Origin: a virus
Lineage: Duplodnaviria; Caudoviricetes
Direction: 5' to 3' (one strand)
Virus record (IMG/VR): IMGVR_UViG_3300033076_000578
Span: 1-46,401 of that record
DNA length: 46,401 nucleotides
The translations under genes were made by a program, and so were the position numbers. The first letter of the stretch is position 1. Each line of letters begins with the position of its first letter. The notes under the pieces were generated by a model. It was not told the origin of the DNA, searched no databases, and was given only the letters and a program-made list of their open reading frames with translations. Shown one piece after another: positions 1-10,500 of this stretch.

Positions 1-491
1 TTTTCATAACTATGTCCTGCATCTATATGTAAGTAATCAATTTTAACATCATTTAATACAAAGTGATTATGAAATGCCTGTTCTGTGGTAGTTCCTAAAA
101 TACGAGGATGGAATGTTCTTCTAAAAAACGATTCTTCCTTAAACCAATCCACTTTACCACCGATACCATTCATAGCATCAACTACATAAGTAACTCCAAT
201 ATCCCCCCAATTTAAGTCAGAATTTCCCTCAAATATATTTTGTTTGTATAAATCATATCTAGCTTGTGTCATTAGTCTGGGCACAAAACCCCCTCCCGAA
301 CCTAAACAAACACAAACTTTTGCTCTCATATACTGAATGAGAGAATAAATTATTAAACCATCACCTAAATGCAAGTCAGTTGCACCATGTGACCATCTGT
401 ATGGTATTGGAACTTCTTCTTGTTCCTGATACTCATTAAATTCTAAATTATTTGTTAAGTAATTTTTTAAGTAACTTAAATCTTGTAGCAT
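1..491 (-). CDS. Class I SAM-dependent methyltransferase (Methyltransf_24-like), 3' end runs off the window
   Basis: Not in the ORF track. Manual translation from ATG at 491: MLQDLSYLKNYLTNN...VCVCLGSGGGF (motif I-like)...YVVDA...KIDYLHIDAGHSYE (typical D-x-x-H-I-D-x-x-H-S-Y). Confidence 0.8.
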   Translation of the reverse strand, partial: MLQDLSYLKNYLTNNLEFNEYQEQEEVPIPYRWSHGATDLHLGDGLIIYSLIQYMRAKVCVCLGSGGGFVPRLMTQARYDLYKQNIFEGNSDLNWGDIGVTYVVDAMNGIGGKVDWFKEESFFRRTFHPRILGTTTEQAFHNHFVLNDVKIDYLHIDAGHSYE

Positions 492-524
492 TGTCAGTTT
501 TTTAGCTTGGTAATTAAAAGTACA

Positions 525-1514
525 TCAAATATACGAAAAAAAATTCAATTTAACAACTTTTTCTATCCATTTATTTTTATCAGTATAAATTTCTAATCCT
601 TTTTTTAATCTATTGAATTGTTTTAAATTCTTTTCATATCCATCTTCTATTATTCTTAAATACTGATAATGAAATTGTTTTTTATTCATTGCTCTATATC
701 TGTATTTTATATCTCGCATCCAGTCCGAATGTATTATCGGCAGTTTTCCGTTGTCAATTGCATCAAAGATTGCGTAACCAAATGGTTCTTTGGTATAACA
801 TCCGTGAAATATTTTAAATTGTTTTTCAAAGAATTTATGATGAAAACGATAATCAAACTCTATAAAAGTATGAACATCTGCGTTTATCTTACTACCCTCC
901 AACATTCGTTTATAATCATATTTGTTTGAAAATATAAAAGCAGGTATTGAATCTAAATAGTGTGCGTTTTTTCGTGTTTCACATCTTGCAGCATATCCAA
1001 TTTTATTACTCTGAATATCTTCGTATGGTTTATTGTGTTTCCATTCGTAGTAATTTGGAATAGTAATCGTATTTGGAAAGTAAGTATGTATCGTATCTTT
1101 CTCATAACCTATCCAAACGATATTTTTAGAATTATCCAAAATATCCTTTTGCCAATGCCAATCTAACCTTGTCATTAGGTTTTCATACTCATCATTTAAT
1201 CCCAACATATCAGGAATAAAAGCATGAACAAACGTTGTATGAGTTTTGTGTAGATACTTTTTGATTATAGGATTTGGTTTGTAGGAATGATGTAAGAATA
1301 CAATCTTATCACACTCATCCAATATCCTCTCTATCTCATCATCGTTTTGGAAAGTATAAATTGCACCATCTTCTGGTAACAAAGGTCTTCCATCGACTAC
1401 AATTTTATAATCTTCTGTAACCAATGGCAAAACATTCTCTACAAAGTTGTTACACCATATATCCGAACCTCCTACTATATTTTTTCCGTAACCAGTTGTT
1501 ATGAATACTATCAT
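525..1514 (-). CDS. GT-B fold glycosyltransferase (GT4-like)
   Basis: N-terminal GG motif (IVGGSDIW), IGYAARCETRKN, and C-terminal EPFGYAIFDAIDNGKLPII donor-binding signature. Confidence 0.75.
   Translation of the reverse strand: MIVFITTGYGKNIVGGSDIWCNNFVENVLPLVTEDYKIVVDGRPLLPEDGAIYTFQNDDEIERILDECDKIVFLHHSYKPNPIIKKYLHKTHTTFVHAFIPDMLGLNDEYENLMTRLDWHWQKDILDNSKNIVWIGYEKDTIHTYFPNTITIPNYYEWKHNKPYEDIQSNKIGYAARCETRKNAHYLDSIPAFIFSNKYDYKRMLEGSKINADVHTFIEFDYRFHHKFFEKQFKIFHGCYTKEPFGYAIFDAIDNGKLPIIHSDWMRDIKYRYRAMNKKQFHYQYLRIIEDGYEKNLKQFNRLKKGLEIYTDKNKWIEKVVKLNFFSYI
526..557 (-). promoter_or_regulatory. Bacteroidota primary-sigma promoter (-33 GTTG, N20, -7 TATATTTG) for the methyltransferase
   Basis: Minus strand GTTG-ttaaattgaattttttttcg-TATATTTG; matches the TAnnTTTG consensus; overlaps the 3' end of the upstream GT gene. 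Confidence 0.75.
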
Positions 1515-2947
1515 AGTTCAACATTAATCATATAACCATTTTCTAATTTATCAATTGATTTTACAGTATATTTAGTTTGTAATATACCATCCGATTTATA
1601 ATCAATCAAATTTTGTTGCATTTCTGTAACAAATCTTTTTTCGTTTTTTGCGGTAGTTTCACCCTTTGCCCAACCTTTTCCATTAAACCCCTCATTCATA
1701 TGTGGTAAGCATAAAAATGTTCCGTTTGAACGATTTGGTAATCCAACCTCTTTAATATATATATCTTCTTTTGATATTAAAACGTTGTTAATTTTTCCTT
1801 CTAAATTTGAAATATTATCATAAATTTTATCTGCTTTAGTATTAGTAAAATCGTAATTACAAATTAAATTTTCAGATGAAAACAAATTATTATCAATTTG
1901 ATTCGGTGATAAACTTTTGTTAAATATTTTTAAATCTGCAATTTTTCCTTTAAAATATTTGGAACTTTCTGGTATTTGTCCTATATTTGTACCTAACGAA
2001 AATGGTAACTCATTTGTGTGATTTTTAATTCCTCTATTAATATGAATGTAATCTTTATTGGATTTATCAAATCGTGTTCCAATCAATTCTCCATTTAAAT
2101 AAAATTGTATTTTGCTATTTTCAACATCAACTGTTACTACAATATTACACCAATTATTTTCAAAATAAGGTATTGAATTTGAATATTGACCTTTTGATAT
2201 ATCACTACTATTTAAAACAAATAATATAGACCTTGTATTTGAAAATGCAATCATATCTTCAAATCTATCGTTTTTAACAAAAATTGGATAATTTACAAAC
2301 TGTTTATTATTAGAACCAATTAATAGTGCTTCCGCTTTGTTAAACTGTTGTTCTGGTAATACCGTAATTGATATGGTATAACTACCATTTATAGTTTGTA
2401 TTAATTCATCTGATGTAAATGTAATAGATGAATCATTTCCGTTAAATATTCCTATCGATTTATCTTTTAAAGTTTTATATTGTTTGGATTTATTTAAATT
2501 TTCAAAATGACATCTCCAAAATAGGTCATCATCTTCCATACCCCAATCCCAATATTCGTTTGAGTATCCATTTATTTTATAAACCTGTTCTTTTGTAAAC
2601 AATACAGCTCCACCAAAGTATTCTTCATACGCAAGAGAGTAATCGTATTTTGATAAATTTACTGCAATATGTTTTGGTAAGTCTGATGGGTATGAATAAT
2701 CACATAAATCATCCATAGGAAGCATATCAATGTCATGCCAAACAATATAATCACACCCATCATTAAATGCATGGATTGCTGCTATATTTTTCATAGCACC
2801 CCTATTAAACAATTTATCATCAGTTTGATGTGCAAAATAAAACGAATGTTCTATATTGCGTTCTGATAAAAATTTACTTAAATGTGGTATAAACTGATTT
2901 AAGTGTTCTTCTCTATTTTTATAAGGAACACATATTCCTAATTTCAT
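1511..2947 (-). CDS. GT7 (beta-1,4-galactosyltransferase-like) glycosyltransferase with an internal LamG/ConA-like domain
   Basis: VPYKNREEHL, FNRGAMKN, HDIDMLP (DxD), YFGGAV and NGYSNEYWDWGMEDDD are GT7 motifs. WCNIVVTVD...QFYLNG...LG...YFKGKIADLKIFNKSLS is Laminin_G_3-like. A GT7-like tail (HMNE...DGILQTKY) follows. Confidence 0.85.
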   Translation of the reverse strand: MKLGICVPYKNREEHLNQFIPHLSKFLSERNIEHSFYFAHQTDDKLFNRGAMKNIAAIHAFNDGCDYIVWHDIDMLPMDDLCDYSYPSDLPKHIAVNLSKYDYSLAYEEYFGGAVLFTKEQVYKINGYSNEYWDWGMEDDDLFWRCHFENLNKSKQYKTLKDKSIGIFNGNDSSITFTSDELIQTINGSYTISITVLPEQQFNKAEALLIGSNNKQFVNYPIFVKNDRFEDMIAFSNTRSILFVLNSSDISKGQYSNSIPYFENNWCNIVVTVDVENSKIQFYLNGELIGTRFDKSNKDYIHINRGIKNHTNELPFSLGTNIGQIPESSKYFKGKIADLKIFNKSLSPNQIDNNLFSSENLICNYDFTNTKADKIYDNISNLEGKINNVLISKEDIYIKEVGLPNRSNGTFLCLPHMNEGFNGKGWAKGETTAKNEKRFVTEMQQNLIDYKSDGILQTKYTVKSIDKLENGYMINVEL

Positions 2948-2949
2948 AA

Positions 2950-3405
2950 CTAATTTGCACGATAATAAGAATTAACTTTAACCAATACACCGATTTCTGA
3001 ATAAGATACATAACCCGCATCTTCGAAATAAAAGTGTATATGTTTTGGTTGTTTATTTATATTTTCAATTTCAACGTATTCAAATGTTAAAATTTCTGTT
3101 GGAATATCATCAAATGATAAAAAATATATTTTATTTTCATTTTGAAATTTTTCAAATAAATCAAAAACCCAATAATCTTGTGGGTTTCCATCATTTACTT
3201 TTGCTCTAATAATATCTTTTTCAAAAAAATCAATTCCATTCATTTTATATAATGAAGGAAATGTGTGTTGTAAATTACCATTCATTTCCCAATAATCATA
3301 ATCTGGAAAATCAAGTTGATAAAAAAATTTTATATCATCCGTTTCTTTTAAAGATGATATTTTTTTTAAACCATCTCTAGTTAAAATTGTATTTTGAATA
3401 TTCAT
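2950..3405 (-). CDS. Stand-alone degenerate Hint (intein/Hedgehog)-like domain protein; likely start ATG 3405 rather than 3465
   Basis: Begins TILTRDGLKKISSLKETDDI (block A-like) and ends GVLVKVN (GILVHN-like); about 151 aa. Lacks Cys1 and the TxxH histidine. ATG 3405 lies 11 nt after the upstream stop. Confidence 0.5.
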   Translation of the reverse strand: MNIQNTILTRDGLKKISSLKETDDIKFFYQLDFPDYDYWEMNGNLQHTFPSLYKMNGIDFFEKDIIRAKVNDGNPQDYWVFDLFEKFQNENKIYFLSFDDIPTEILTFEYVEIENINKQPKHIHFYFEDAGYVSYSEIGVLVKVNSYYRAN

Positions 3406-3416
3406 ATAATTAATTT

Positions 3417-6400
3417 TTAACAAGTAACACGATAAACGGCAGATGTTGATGTAGAAGAAACACATCCACTATTAACTCTATACCAAACTACTACAAACCA
3501 ATACGGACCATCAAATGTATATGTAACATCACCAGAACCATTTGCTATAAATGAGTACGAACCAACAGAACCCGCAGCGTTGGTTGAATATATCGTCCAA
3601 TATGAAACTGCCGCATCAAACGATAATATTGCTTGACAAGTTCCAATTGAAACACTCAATCCAGAATTCGCAGGAGGACCTGGATTGTAATATGAATTTG
3701 AACTAGTTGTAGTTAATACCGATGCTCCATTTAATAATCTTGCTCTTAAATAAACAGTTGCCCCTGCACTAACTCCGGTAACAGTTGTTGCATAATTTGT
3801 ATTACTTGCTACACCTGTTGTCCATTCTTGTGCAGTAGACCAGGTACTATTATCCGAACTTGTTTGTATCTGAACTTTATTTGCAGTTTGAACTGTACCA
3901 GTTCTATAAGTAACTGTAAAGTTAGCACAATCAGAACTTAACGAATAATATGCAATTTCATTTACTGCTGCATTTGTTTTGTATCTAAAATAATATTTCT
4001 TTTGTCCGTAAGTATCAGAACTTCCTTTTTGTCCAGTTACAGTTATTAATCCATCGTTTCCATAATCAGGTGCAGTAAATGCAACTACAATTAATCCCAA
4101 TGCTTCTGTTGTTGGAGTTGAGCTTGATGAATTTTTTACTGCCGTTACAGAAGAACCAGGTTGCCCTCTCCATACACTATTTGACCAAATTCTACTAATA
4201 TAAGTTGTTCCACCCAAACTATTAGTAACATTCATATATGCACCTGGAAATGATGCATCGTTACTATCATCTAAACTATTTACGGTATAAAAATAACTTT
4301 GATATGAAGCATTTGCAGTTAAAACAGTACCTGCACCTGCACCTGGGTCAGTTTCAGATAATGAAAATGCGTTTCCATTAACCCAAGGACCTGTAACTCC
4401 ATCGGGATAATAAACCGCTGCAATATTACTTGTAGATGCAAGAGTTAAACTATAATCCCAATCATAAAGATATACAGACGCGTTTGATGAATAAACAGTA
4501 TTTCCCCAATCATTATGATAGTACCCAACTCTAATATATGCGGTAGTATTTAATGAATATGGTAATGTTGGATTTCCTGTAAAAGAAGTCCAATTACTAC
4601 CATCGTTTGAATAATAATATGTTTTAGTTATACCATCAGAAGTTAAATCTAATGCTCCATCTGGACCCGAAATGGTAGGGTCTGAATATACAGTTACATT
4701 TGTACTACCTTTTTGAGTTTGATAAATACCAGGTGCTCCCGTAACTGTATCAATTCTTCTACCTCTAATTTCAACCGTTTTACCTACGGTTTGCCCACCA
4801 GATGCTTGAATAGCATAATCATAATTTGTATTTACAACTGTATATTCATTTCCATACCAAGTTACTGAATATGTGTTTCCTCTACTTCTGCCTGAAATTG
4901 TTTTTGTTCTTGATGCAGTATATCTACAATAAGTACTAGCAGTATTTGTTCTTAAATATTGAACACCGTTGTAATAATTACCTTGTCCAGTAACGGATGA
5001 TGCCATAGAAGTATCATCTAAATATACCATTTGATACCCTAAATATACCGATGAGTATGGTGGTCCTGATGTTACATATGTTGCGTCAATACTAAAATTA
5101 TTTCCTCTAATACCATAACCACTAACAAATCCACTATTATTTGATACGGAAATGGTACTCAATTCTCTTGTAACACTTACGTTTGTATTCGATAATGTAT
5201 GAGTATAATATCTTGTTACATCTATATCATATCTTAAAGTTATAATACCATATGCAGTACCAGTAGATGAACCACAATTTGAACTTTCATATAAACTAAC
5301 TGTTGCAAATGAAAAACTAGATGCGGCATCTGATATAGATGCTTCTGCCAAAGTTTTAGTATCCGATAAATTGGTACTTGGATAATATGCAAGTAATGTT
5401 GCAGATATTCCTGCAAAGTTTCCACTACTTCTTGATACGGTAAATGTAACTGCTCCAACTTCCGATAATTTACCACTACTTGGACTTGCCGACGGTGAAT
5501 ACCCATAACTTTGTCCAGGGTATCCGTACATAGTTACGGTTGTTTCATAATAATCAGATGTAGTATATGTACCACCACTTGCTTTTAATTGGTAATACCA
5601 AGTTTGATTTGATGTAGGTGCAGTATAAGTTAATGATGTTGTGTAAACTCCACTATTTTCATTTGAATATGTTCCACCACTACCAACTTTTCTTTGAAAT
5701 GATGTTGATGAAAATCCAGATGGTATTGAATTTGAAAATGTAATTTCAGCCGATGTATATGCTCTTGCGTTTGTCCAAGTTGCAGTTAATACAATTGCAG
5801 TATAATTAATTTTATATTGAGTTGTAAATGATGCAGTAATGGTATATCCGTTTCCATCTACTAATGTTGCAACGTGACTTGCAGTTCCATCATTTACATT
5901 TGTAAGTGGATTATTAACTGTTATTCTTAATATGTTTGATGATGGTTTTGCTCCACTTGCACTAACAGTACCACCGGTTGTTACGGCAGTTACGGATGTA
6001 ACAGTAAATGCAGTATCTGGAACACCACCCAAAGTTACACTACCATCAAATGTTCTATTTCCACCAGTTAATAAATCTGTTTGATTTGATATTGTAATTA
6101 AACCTTTAACAGGTATAGTTACTTCCGATGATTCTGTGTATGATGAATTAAATTCGGTACTACCATCACTTCTTCTTGCTCTAACTCTTGCTTGTACAAC
6201 TTGTGCAGTTGATGTTTTACCTGCAATTGAAACACTTGTAGATGTTGAGGTTGAATTTGATGTAATAGATGTCCAACTACCATATGAACCACCACTATCT
6301 TTTAAACGATATTCTATATCATATTTTAATGTAGTTGTATTATATGGAGTTCCTAATGCAGAAACATTTAAAACTATTGAAAATAATTGAGTGCTCGGTG

Positions 6401-7538
6401 CATATGTTGTAGATGTAAATGTAGGTGCAACCATTGCAGGAGTTGCAGTTACTGATGTCAAATAATTAATTGTATTATTATATACCGAATACAATCTTAA
6501 ATTTGATGTTATTGCACTTCCTACGGATGAATAATAAACATGCGGAGATAATGATGTAGATGTTGTTGGGTAAATTATATTCACTCCACTACCAGGTGTC
6601 CAAAGATAATTTAATCCTAAACTTTCTACATTATAATTTACAGTTCCAGTTATTGTATAATCAACATATGGTTCTGGTGTAGTATTTAAACTATAAGTAA
6701 CCGTAATTGGTCTTCTCATAGTTGGCTGACCGTTTGATGTACCTACAGTTGCAGTATCGGGTGTAGAATACGAATCTTTAACCGTTAATGTAATTGGAAC
6801 ATCCGTAGTGGTTGTTGCATTATTAAAAGTCATGGAAGAATTAGATGTGTATCCACTACCTGTCCAATTGTATGAATATGGAGTTTGACCTCCACCTACA
6901 ATTGCTCTAAATATTACTGAACCTGTATCATATCTGTAATTTCCAGCTGCACCAGAATAACTAAATGAAGATGTTTGTTGAACATCTATTATTCTTAAAT
7001 TTAATGGCCAAACTAAAACGGTTTCTGTATCAAATACTTCTTTTGTATTTTCTACAACATCTACAACTAATTTTATTGTATTTATTTCACCTGGTAGCAA
7101 ATATAAATACCCATTATCATCATAAGTACGGGATTGACCACTTACATTTGCACTATGAAAATATTGAGTACCTGTGTAAGTACCATTTATATATAATTTT
7201 ACATTATATGTTTCGGTTGGTAAAATATTAGATACTGTGTATGTAAATTGTATTCTATAACCACTATATTGACTTGTATTATCAGGACTAGTTAAACTAT
7301 CAATTGTTATGATAGGAATTTTTCCATCAAATTCATAAAATTGGTATTGGTCACCTTTGGGTCTTGGACTAGTTCCACTAATAGAACCAACGGTATCAGG
7401 TAAATGTCTATAAACTCCCTGGTCAATATTACCAGTTAGATATGTGTATGCCATATCTGAACCACTAATAGTAACAGAACCGTCTATTGCTTTTCCTGCA
7501 CTTACTCCCAATAAACTTATTTTAATATCACTAGGCAT
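3417..7538 (-). CDS. Large Ser/Thr/Tyr/Gly-rich virion protein with tandem Ig/FN3-like beta-sandwiches; putative fibre-tip adhesin
   Basis: Beta-rich modules (GGQTPYSYNW, YDIEYR...W...VQARVRAR, TVYLRARL); directly downstream of an S74-chaperone fibre, overlapping it by 8 nt; ends ...VYRVTC. Confidence 0.65.
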   Translation of the reverse strand: MPSDIKISLLGVSAGKAIDGSVTISGSDMAYTYLTGNIDQGVYRHLPDTVGSISGTSPRPKGDQYQFYEFDGKIPIITIDSLTSPDNTSQYSGYRIQFTYTVSNILPTETYNVKLYINGTYTGTQYFHSANVSGQSRTYDDNGYLYLLPGEINTIKLVVDVVENTKEVFDTETVLVWPLNLRIIDVQQTSSFSYSGAAGNYRYDTGSVIFRAIVGGGQTPYSYNWTGSGYTSNSSMTFNNATTTTDVPITLTVKDSYSTPDTATVGTSNGQPTMRRPITVTYSLNTTPEPYVDYTITGTVNYNVESLGLNYLWTPGSGVNIIYPTTSTSLSPHVYYSSVGSAITSNLRLYSVYNNTINYLTSVTATPAMVAPTFTSTTYAPSTQLFSIVLNVSALGTPYNTTTLKYDIEYRLKDSGGSYGSWTSITSNSTSTSTSVSIAGKTSTAQVVQARVRARRSDGSTEFNSSYTESSEVTIPVKGLITISNQTDLLTGGNRTFDGSVTLGGVPDTAFTVTSVTAVTTGGTVSASGAKPSSNILRITVNNPLTNVNDGTASHVATLVDGNGYTITASFTTQYKINYTAIVLTATWTNARAYTSAEITFSNSIPSGFSSTSFQRKVGSGGTYSNENSGVYTTSLTYTAPTSNQTWYYQLKASGGTYTTSDYYETTVTMYGYPGQSYGYSPSASPSSGKLSEVGAVTFTVSRSSGNFAGISATLLAYYPSTNLSDTKTLAEASISDAASSFSFATVSLYESSNCGSSTGTAYGIITLRYDIDVTRYYTHTLSNTNVSVTRELSTISVSNNSGFVSGYGIRGNNFSIDATYVTSGPPYSSVYLGYQMVYLDDTSMASSVTGQGNYYNGVQYLRTNTASTYCRYTASRTKTISGRSRGNTYSVTWYGNEYTVVNTNYDYAIQASGGQTVGKTVEIRGRRIDTVTGAPGIYQTQKGSTNVTVYSDPTISGPDGALDLTSDGITKTYYYSNDGSNWTSFTGNPTLPYSLNTTAYIRVGYYHNDWGNTVYSSNASVYLYDWDYSLTLASTSNIAAVYYPDGVTGPWVNGNAFSLSETDPGAGAGTVLTANASYQSYFYTVNSLDDSNDASFPGAYMNVTNSLGGTTYISRIWSNSVWRGQPGSSVTAVKNSSSSTPTTEALGLIVVAFTAPDYGNDGLITVTGQKGSSDTYGQKKYYFRYKTNAAVNEIAYYSLSSDCANFTVTYRTGTVQTANKVQIQTSSDNSTWSTAQEWTTGVASNTNYATTVTGVSAGATVYLRARLLNGASVLTTTSSNSYYNPGPPANSGLSVSIGTCQAILSFDAAVSYWTIYSTNAAGSVGSYSFIANGSGDVTYTFDGPYWFVVVWYRVNSGCVSSTSTSAVYRVTC

Positions 7539-10500
7539 TGTTTATATCCTTTTTAATGGAATCTAATTCTTTTCTTAAATTTTGAATTTCTTTAACCATA
7601 ATAGGAATTAATTCCATATAATTTACAGTTAAATATTCTCCCATCATTTTTGTTCTCGTTAAATGTGGATATATTTTTTCAACATCTTGGGCTATGAATC
7701 CATAATGTAAATTTTTATCTTTATCTTCTTTCCAATTATATTCAACTGCGTTTAAATCATATAATTTTTGAATATCGTCATTATCAATTTCTTCAATATT
7801 TTCCTTTAATCTAATATCAGAAGATAATGCAGTTGAATAACCCGCAATATCACCACTAACGTGCAATTCACCATAGTGTGCAAAATATCCTGCCGATTTA
7901 AGATTAAAGTTTGTTGTAGATGGAGATGTAACATCTTCTACTTTAAAGAAATTACCAGTTCCATCTGTTGATGAATTAAACAGAGCTTGCAATCCACGTT
8001 CTGTTATTTCAACTTGCTTTGTTAAACCATTTGCAGTTAATGAAATTCCTTTTGCAGAATATGTAACAGATGTTGGTGCGTATCTAACTTGCGTTCTTTG
8101 TGCTGCAAATACTGCAACACCACCTGGTATAGTTGTTCCATTATAATCAAATGAATTATATTGTCCAACTTTCCATCTAACTACATCATAATATGTACCT
8201 AATGTATTTGTTTTTGTTAAAGTAAATGGAATATTTGCAGTACCTGCACCAACTGCACTTATATTAAATGTTACATCTGCAAGTTCTTCGGTCGTATCTT
8301 CTGTTGTAGGTGAAAATGTTGATGTATTAGAACCATACTGAACACTATTATAGTTTGCTCTTGCTGCAACTGATACTGCCCCATCCGTTGTTGATTTTGC
8401 AGTTATAATATCCAAATACAATCCCTCCATATCATATAAAGAACTATATGATGTACTATTTGTAGAGTTGTATAAAGATATAAACGCACTTTCTCCAGTA
8501 GAATCTCCTATCCATCCATTTGTTCTACTTGTTACATCTAAATTAGTTCCACCATATGCATTTAAAAACATCCCTGCCATATATTGGGCAGTAAACGATG
8601 ATAAAGAAGATGCATATGTTCCGTTTGTTGAAATGGATTGATATGCTACATCTATTTTAAATTTAATAGTTGCAACTATATTATAAGTTGCACCACTATC
8701 TAATGAAACAGATAATCCGGTATTTGATGTAGAAACTGTTGCAGTTGTAGATGAATTTGTTAAATACATCGTACTTGCACTAGTTACATCTACATAACTA
8801 CCCTGTGCATTTACTGCATTTAAAGATGTAATAGAACCACCAACACCAGTTAATGCTCCAGGATGTATTTTTACTTGGTTTCCTGCGTATGATGTTGTTG
8901 TTTCACCTCTTACTTGAATGTAACTATCTGAACCAGATGCGTATAATTTTACAGTACCATTATATAATTCATTTGTACCAATTGTCCAACCACCAATAGT
9001 TCCTTGTCCCGCATTTATACTACCTGATATAATTGCACTTGCTGCATACAAATCACCGTTTGTACTAACTCTAAATGGTGCAGTTGAATATGTATTTGAA
9101 CCCGCATGAATACCGTTTAAACTTAAAGTTGCAGATAAACTACCACTTTCAGCACCTGCAACAATTTTATTAGAGTTTCCATCTAATACCAAACCAACAG
9201 TTGGAGTACCAACTCTTAATTTAGAACTTTGAATTGTAAATCCACCAATAGAACCACTACCTGCAATTAATTCGGTTGCATTTAATCTACCACCAATATC
9301 AATTATATTTGTTGCTCCCGAATCATATTTAAAATAACTACTACCACTTACAAAACTAACTTTTGAATTAGAAGAACTTCTTCCAAAAAATATTCCATCG
9401 TTTCCGTATCCTTGCGTACCTTGTCCTACAGAAATATATGGATTTGTAGTTCCACCTGCTAATGTTATGTTTGCAGCACTACCTTGTGAGTTTGTACCAA
9501 CATTTAAAGTATTTTTTACATACGATTCGTCAAATATAGAAATTTTAGCAGAAACAAAGAAATCCTGATTACCTAAATATTGCCAATAAGCATTATCAGT
9601 TCCATCGGTAGGTGATTGGTTTATTGTTTCTTGTAATGTTGCGTAATATTTTGTAATACCACCAGAACTTTGATAAACTGCATCTCTTCTCGATGAACCT
9701 GCATATGTTGTATAATAGTATGTAGTTCCTGCCGTATATTCACCTCTTAAAACAACACCAGGACCAGCAGCTCCTACTGCTCCGTTTGAACCTGTAATAC
9801 CTGTATTTACTTTTGTTGCACTTATTAAAATACTACTACTTCCTGCAGTTCCCTCACTATCTCTGTAATAAACAATAACAGATGCGGATGCTTCATTTTT
9901 TGTTCTATCAATAACTGCCGAACTCATAGTAAGTGTTCCAACGGTTGCAGTATAAGTTGGATTTGTTGTAAAACCACCGTATGTTGCAGACATTGATACA
10001 AATCTAGAAGTATTTCCTTCTAATGCAGTAAATGTTATATCTTTTAAACTACCAGATTGAGAACCAGTTGCATTACCTACTATTGATTGATTTAATGGGT
10101 TTGCAGAAACTAATACAGTAGGTGCTGATGATTTTGCTTTTGAATATGTTGCAACTTTTTGAAATGTTGAACCACTACCTCTACCATCATAATAATCTAC
10201 ATTAATTGTTAAACTACCACTATCAACTGATAATGCAGATATTGAATAATCTACACCATTAAACCCAGTTGTTTTTGTTAATCCTGCCGATGCAGTAAAT
10301 GAAGCAGTATATCGATTTGTACCACTACTTGCATATGAAATTGTTTCACCACCAACTTTTACAGAAATAGAACCACTACTTGCCGCAAAACCCGCTGGTA
10401 CTGTGCCTGTTGAATATGCAGGGAATGATGTATTTTCATTAGTTATACTTACTCCAATTTGAGATTCAACAATTACAGGACTAATTGTAAAATTATCATT

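Noticed and set aside
2950-3405. Active intein or mobile element
   Set aside because: No Cys/Ser1, no TxxH, no terminal His-Asn, no homing endonuclease and no flanking extein.
3405-3465. Programmed -1 frameshift fusing the adhesin to the Hint-like ORF
   Set aside because: The -1 frame is open across the stop for about 20 codons, but there is no X-XXY-YYZ slippery heptamer or hairpin, and a good ATG exists at 3405.
9760-9805. Collagen domain in the fibre
   Set aside because: Only about four G-x-y triplets, too short for a collagen domain; treated as a linker.
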